Positions 60,416 through 64,000 of a DNA stretch of 64,000 bases are shown one piece after another; position 1 is the stretch's first letter; the number at the start of each line of letters is the position of its first letter. Where the stretch lies: positions 33,337 through 97,336 of the forward strand of contig CALKIU010000069.1 in the NCBI GenBank assembly GCA_937995745.1. Direction: 5' to 3'. The position numbers were made by a program, and so were the translations under genes. The notes beneath the pieces were generated by a model that worked only from the letters and a program-made list of their open reading frames with translations, did not search any database and had not been told where the DNA came from. The stretch comes from an uncultured Bacillaceae bacterium (GTDB lineage: Bacteria > Bacillota > Bacilli > Bacillales > Cytobacillaceae).

Positions 60416-62137
60416 TTATGACGAAAAATAGCTGCCCAGCCCGGCCACGATCGCTTCCGAAATTTCTTCCTGATAGCTTCGGGAAGAGATATAGGCTTCT
60501 TCATGCGGATTGCTTATGAAGCCGAGTTCCAACAATACGGCCGCTTGATGATTTTCCCGGATTACGTAATAATCGCCAAGGCGCACGCCCCGGTTTCGCA
60601 GTCCGATTTGTTTTTGCAGGGCATCATGAATATGGTCGGCAAGCGGTTTTTGATAAACATGGTAATAATAGCTTGTTATTCCGCCGGCATTTGCGGTAGT
60701 GTGGCTGTCATAGTGAATACTGATAAAAGCATCGGCTTCGTAAATACGGGAAAGATCGACCCTCGACGGCAAGGGAACAAAAATATCGCTGTTGCGGGTA
60801 AGAATGACGCGCGCCCCTTCAGCCCGCAATTTGTCATAAAGAATAAGCGCCGTATTAAGGGTTAGTGTTTTTTCTTCGCTTCCGCCGGCTCCGATTGCTC
60901 CGCTGTCTTTCCCGCCGTGCCCCGGATCGATAATAATCACTTTACCGGAAAGTGAACGGCTGTTTTCCTTCTCTTTTGCGGACCGGTTTCCCTCCGCATC
61001 CTTAATCAGCCAGCCGGCCACATAGGCTTTTTGGCCGGTTTCCAGCAGAATTTCTTTCCAATCCCCCACTGTCCTCACAATGGAATAGGTTTCGCCGGCA
61101 TGTGCTGTTTGTAAAATCCGGCTTTTCAAGTGAGGCTGTTCCCGGATACGGGTGCCGTTATAAAGGATGGTGCCGGATGTTGTTTTATCCGCCGTTTTTT
61201 GCGGATGTTGCTCCCCGTCTTCTTTTTCGGTCCTCATTTCCCGGAAAAGGTTGACATAAGTTCCGGATATCCAGCCGAAACAATTGTCTTCAAATTCTAT
61301 CTTCAGCCAGCCGTTTTTTTCTTCCAGAACGGCAAAAATCTCGCCCCGGGACACTGTTCCGATAATGTTCCCGTTCAACGAGGCACTGTCGCGGACATTT
61401 AAAGCGGGAGCGTCAACCATTCCCTTGTCCGGAGTGTCAGCATCGGCCCCGTTTTCTGTCTCCGCCTTCATCGCGCCGTTTTCTTCTTTCCTTTCCACAT
61501 CCCCGTTTTGCTCCTCTTTGTCCGTGTCCCCGGGAAAACGGACATAACGAGTGTTTATCCAGGCTGTGCCGGTATGAAAAACAATTTCCGCCCAATCATT
61601 TTGAAAAGACAGGACGGTGACGGAAGCGTTATGTTGCAAAGAACCGACCGGTTCATAGTGCATGCCCGGCCCGGAACGGACGAGCAGTTTTCCGGCGGAA
61701 ACGATTCCATGTCGTTTCCCGTTCGCTCCCCCGGAAGCCTTCCCTGTTCTCCGCTTCCCATCGCCGATGCTTTTGCTGTCCTCTTTGCCGCCTTCCCCTT
61801 CCTGTTTGACGGAAGAGGATTCTGGAGCATCCTCCGGGTTTTGTTCTGAATCTCCGTTATCCGTTTCCTCACGGAGCCTCGGAGTCAAGCCTTCCTTTTT
61901 TCCGGCTTGATTTTCTTTTTTGTTTCCGTCTGTTGTCCATATTGCTTCTTCATCGTTTTTGCTGATCCGTTCATGGACGGAACGGTCATTTTCCGTTTTC
62001 GGCCCTGCCCGGATGGGAACAAAATCTTTCCCGGCGGCGGAATTATCTTCCGAAGCTTCCGGATGCAACGGCGCAAACATCATCATAATCGGAAACAACA
62101 ACAAGACCGCCAGCCGTTTGAATGCCTTCCTTTTCAC
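60416..62137 (-). CDS. N-acetylmuramoyl-L-alanine amidase with three SH3b-like domains (YrvJ-like)
   Basis: Signal peptide, a charged low-complexity region and three SH3b-like repeats. C-terminal Amidase_3 domain (IIIDPGHGGKDSGA...ISIHYDS...LLELGFISN). GTG start behind AAGGAGGG. Confidence 0.8.
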   Translation of the reverse strand: MKRKAFKRLAVLLLFPIMMMFAPLHPEASEDNSAAGKDFVPIRAGPKTENDRSVHERISKNDEEAIWTTDGNKKENQAGKKEGLTPRLREETDNGDSEQNPEDAPESSSVKQEGEGGKEDSKSIGDGKRRTGKASGGANGKRHGIVSAGKLLVRSGPGMHYEPVGSLQHNASVTVLSFQNDWAEIVFHTGTAWINTRYVRFPGDTDKEEQNGDVERKEENGAMKAETENGADADTPDKGMVDAPALNVRDSASLNGNIIGTVSRGEIFAVLEEKNGWLKIEFEDNCFGWISGTYVNLFREMRTEKEDGEQHPQKTADKTTSGTILYNGTRIREQPHLKSRILQTAHAGETYSIVRTVGDWKEILLETGQKAYVAGWLIKDAEGNRSAKEKENSRSLSGKVIIIDPGHGGKDSGAIGAGGSEEKTLTLNTALILYDKLRAEGARVILTRNSDIFVPLPSRVDLSRIYEADAFISIHYDSHTTANAGGITSYYYHVYQKPLADHIHDALQKQIGLRNRGVRLGDYYVIRENHQAAVLLELGFISNPHEEAYISSRSYQEEISEAIVAGLGSYFSS

Positions 62138-62282
62138 AACACTCCCTCCTTTCAGAAAATGGAAATTAATCCCATTATATCATTTTCGATTGAATTTTCT
62201 TTTTTCCTGCCGGCATTTTCCCCGCTTATTTTGTATGAAACGGGAAAAAATAGGCCAGAACATACATGAAAGGGGGATGGAT

Positions 62283-62459
62283 ATGAGGGCCGGCGATAAA
62301 GACATTTTTGTTCAAAAAGCGGAAAATCAGATTTTGTCCGTCGATTTTCGTGATGGCATTCAAGGAGAAGAAACGCATTTTTCGACGGAATGTGCCGCAG
62401 AAACCGGTTATTCGTCCGCGGATGTAAAAATGCTGAAAAAACGGCTCCGGCGTTCTTGA
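62283..62459 (+). CDS. Candidate small protein (58 aa), unknown function
   Basis: ATG 62283 lies 6 nt after AAAGGGGGA. Translation MRAGDKDIFVQKAENQILSVDFRDGIQGEETHFSTECAAETGYSSADVKMLKKRLRRS. The stop overlaps the -35 of the hisS leader promoter. No homology recognised by eye. Confidence 0.3.
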   Translation: MRAGDKDIFVQKAENQILSVDFRDGIQGEETHFSTECAAETGYSSADVKMLKKRLRRS

Positions 62460-62484
62460 CAATTAAAAAATTGAAGATTAATAT
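62456..62484 (+). promoter_or_regulatory. Sigma-A promoter of the hisS T-box leader
   Basis: TTGACA-17 nt-TAATAT. Confidence 0.5.
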
Positions 62485-62494
62485 ATGAAAAGAT

Positions 62495-62762
62495 AAAAGG
62501 ACAACCGTTGATGGAGAAAAGTAGTTAAGAAGCATGTGGAAAGAGAGGAAATGCCGCGGCTGAAAGCATTTCTCCACAATGCCTTAACGAACGACACTCC
62601 GGAGGTTTCATTCCGAAAGAGCCGTATCGAGGTTTTAGTAGGGATGAACGTAGACAGGCGTTAACTGTAAAAGTGGAAGTTTACCTGTTAAACTTCAATT
62701 AGGGTGGCACCACGGGAATATCAACTCTCGTCCCTTGTATTCAAGGGGGAGGGTTTTTTTGT
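62495..62762 (+). promoter_or_regulatory. T-box riboswitch leader (specifier loop reads GAACGACACUCC; GAC Asp and CAC His overlap)
   Basis: AGTA box, AGAGAG box, distal GGCTGAAAG. T-box sequence AATTAGGGTGGCACCACGGG at ~62698..62717. Terminator hairpin CCCTTG tattc AAGGGGGAGGG followed by T7 at 62726..62762. Confidence 0.85.
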
Positions 62763-62842
62763 TTTGAAAATGCAGAAATTTATGCGTTTAAAGGACTGTC
62801 TTTTCATACATACACAGGAAAGAAGGTAAAGGAGGATGAACA

Positions 62843-64000
62843 TTGTCTATCAGCATTCCCCGCGGAACCCGGGATATTTTGCCCGGGGAAGTGGAAAAAT
62901 GGCAAATCATTGAAGAAAAAGCCCGCGAACTTTGTGAACGATATCAATATAAAGAAATCCGCACTCCCATTTTTGAGCAGACAGACCTGTTTTCCAGAAG
63001 CGTCGGCGCTACCACCGATATCGTGCAAAAGGAAATGTACACTTTCACGGATCGCGGTGGAAGAAGTTTGACGCTCCGACCCGAAGGCACGGCAGCTGTC
63101 GTCCGTGCTTTTGTGGAGCAAAAAATGCACGGTCTGCCGGTTCAGCCGGTAAAGCTCTATTACATGGGTCCGATGTTCCGCTATGAAAGGCCCCAGGCGG
63201 GACGCTACCGCCAATTTGTCCAGTTTGGCGTCGAGGTTTTGGGAAGCGCCGATCCGGCCATTGACGCGGAAGTTATTTCCTTGGCAATGAATTTTTATTC
63301 AGAGCTCGGTTTGAAAAAATTAAAGCTTGTCATCAACAGTCTCGGTGACCTTGAAAGCAGAAGCGCCCACAGGGAGGCGCTCATCCGCCATTTCCGGCCC
63401 CGCATCGGCGAGTTTTGCAGCGACTGCCAAAACCGACTCGAAAAAAACCCGATGCGAATATTGGATTGCAAAAAGGATCGCGACCATGAATTAATGAAAT
63501 CGGCGCCGTCGATTCTCGATTACTTAAATGAGGAATCTAGACGTTATTTTGAAAAGGTGCTCAAGTATTTGGACGAACTGGGCATTTCCTATGAAGTCGA
63601 TCCCAATCTTGTCCGCGGCCTCGATTATTATAACCACACCGCTTTTGAAATCATGAGTGAAGCGGAAGGATTCGGGGCAATTACGACACTTTGCGGAGGA
63701 GGCCGCTACAACGGACTTGTTGAGGAAATCGGCGGCCCTGAAACGCCGGGGATCGGGTTTGCGTTGAGTATTGAACGCCTTCTTGCCGCTCTTGAAGCGG
63801 AAAATATCCAACTGGTAAAGAAACAGGAAATCGATTGTTTTATCGTTGCCCTCGGTGAAAAAGCCCGTGATTATTCCGTCCGGCTTCTTCATCAGATGCG
63901 CCTTGCGGGTTTTTCGGCCGAAAAAGATTATTTGAACAGGAAAATCAAGGCCCAGTTCAAAGCGGCGGACCGGCTGAATGCCAAGTATGCGGCCATTATC
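62843..64000 (+). CDS. hisS: Histidine--tRNA ligase (N-terminal 386 codons; continues past the window)
   Basis: TTG 62843 lies 7 nt after AAGGAGG. Hand translation: [83 protein letters not shown] (class II motifs). Confidence 0.9.
   Translation, partial: MSISIPRGTRDILPGEVEKWQIIEEKARELCERYQYKEIRTPIFEQTDLFSRSVGATTDIVQKEMYTFTDRGGRSLTLRPEGTAAVVRAFVEQKMHGLPVQPVKLYYMGPMFRYERPQAGRYRQFVQFGVEVLGSADPAIDAEVISLAMNFYSELGLKKLKLVINSLGDLESRSAHREALIRHFRPRIGEFCSDCQNRLEKNPMRILDCKKDRDHELMKSAPSILDYLNEESRRYFEKVLKYLDELGISYEVDPNLVRGLDYYNHTAFEIMSEAEGFGAITTLCGGGRYNGLVEEIGGPETPGIGFALSIERLLAALEAENIQLVKKQEIDCFIVALGEKARDYSVRLLHQMRLAGFSAEKDYLNRKIKAQFKAADRLNAKYAAII

Noticed and set aside
61920-62282. Upstream part of the 179-aa plus-strand ORF 61920..62459
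   Set aside because: It is antisense to the amidase N-terminus and promoter region. Only the last 58 codons, behind a real RBS, were kept as a low-confidence candidate.
62804-63892. Two minus-strand ORFs (136 and 122 aa)
   Set aside because: They are antisense to hisS. The ORF track omits hisS only because it runs off the window, and hand translation gives an unmistakable HisRS N-terminus.

Overview
This is a 64-kb chromosomal segment from an endospore-forming Bacillaceae genome. It is almost entirely core genes and collinear with the Bacillus subtilis 168 region spoIIB-maf-radC-mreBCD-minCD-spoIVFAB-rplU/prp/rpmA-spo0B-obg-pheBA-niaR/nifS-nadBCA-safA-coxA-bofC-ruvAB-queA-tgt-yajC-spoVB-comN-secDF-recJ-apt-relA-dtd-yrvJ-hisS. 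The left end carries a spore-coat-type module (GT1 glycosyltransferase, CotS-type kinase, UDP-sugar epimerase). Next come three poorly characterised genes: a very acidic membrane protein, a PRC-barrel protein and a VanW/G5 protein. An eight-gene type IV pilus cluster follows (pilB, pilT, pilC, pilin, prepilin peptidase, pilM/N/O). Three departures from the expected layout stand out. (1) radC is split inside its JAMM-motif codons (HNHPSG|DPTPS) by a 1,874-nt group II intron. The ribozyme looks intact by eye: 5' GUGCG, canonical domain V, bulged branch A, and EBS1/EBS2/delta matching the radC exons. Its encoded protein, however, has lost the reverse-transcriptase catalytic motifs (YADD position reads SGRE) while keeping the maturase X domain. 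The ORF also has no stop codon until 28 nt into exon 2. (2) pilT carries two in-frame stop codons in an otherwise intact pilus cluster. (3) Several spacers are unusually long and unexplained (mreB-mreC, pheB-pheA, nadC-nadA), and an extra CotS-like kinase gene overlaps the end of safA. RNA elements seen are a T-box leader upstream of hisS (specifier loop reads GACAC, so Asp/His is ambiguous) and a probable L21 leader. I saw no rRNA, tRNA, CRISPR array, transposase or recognisable defence system. I do not claim a wholly new multi-gene system; the RT-dead, apparently splicing-competent intron inside radC is the most unusual element. All calls come from reading the sequence and ORF translations by eye, with no database search.
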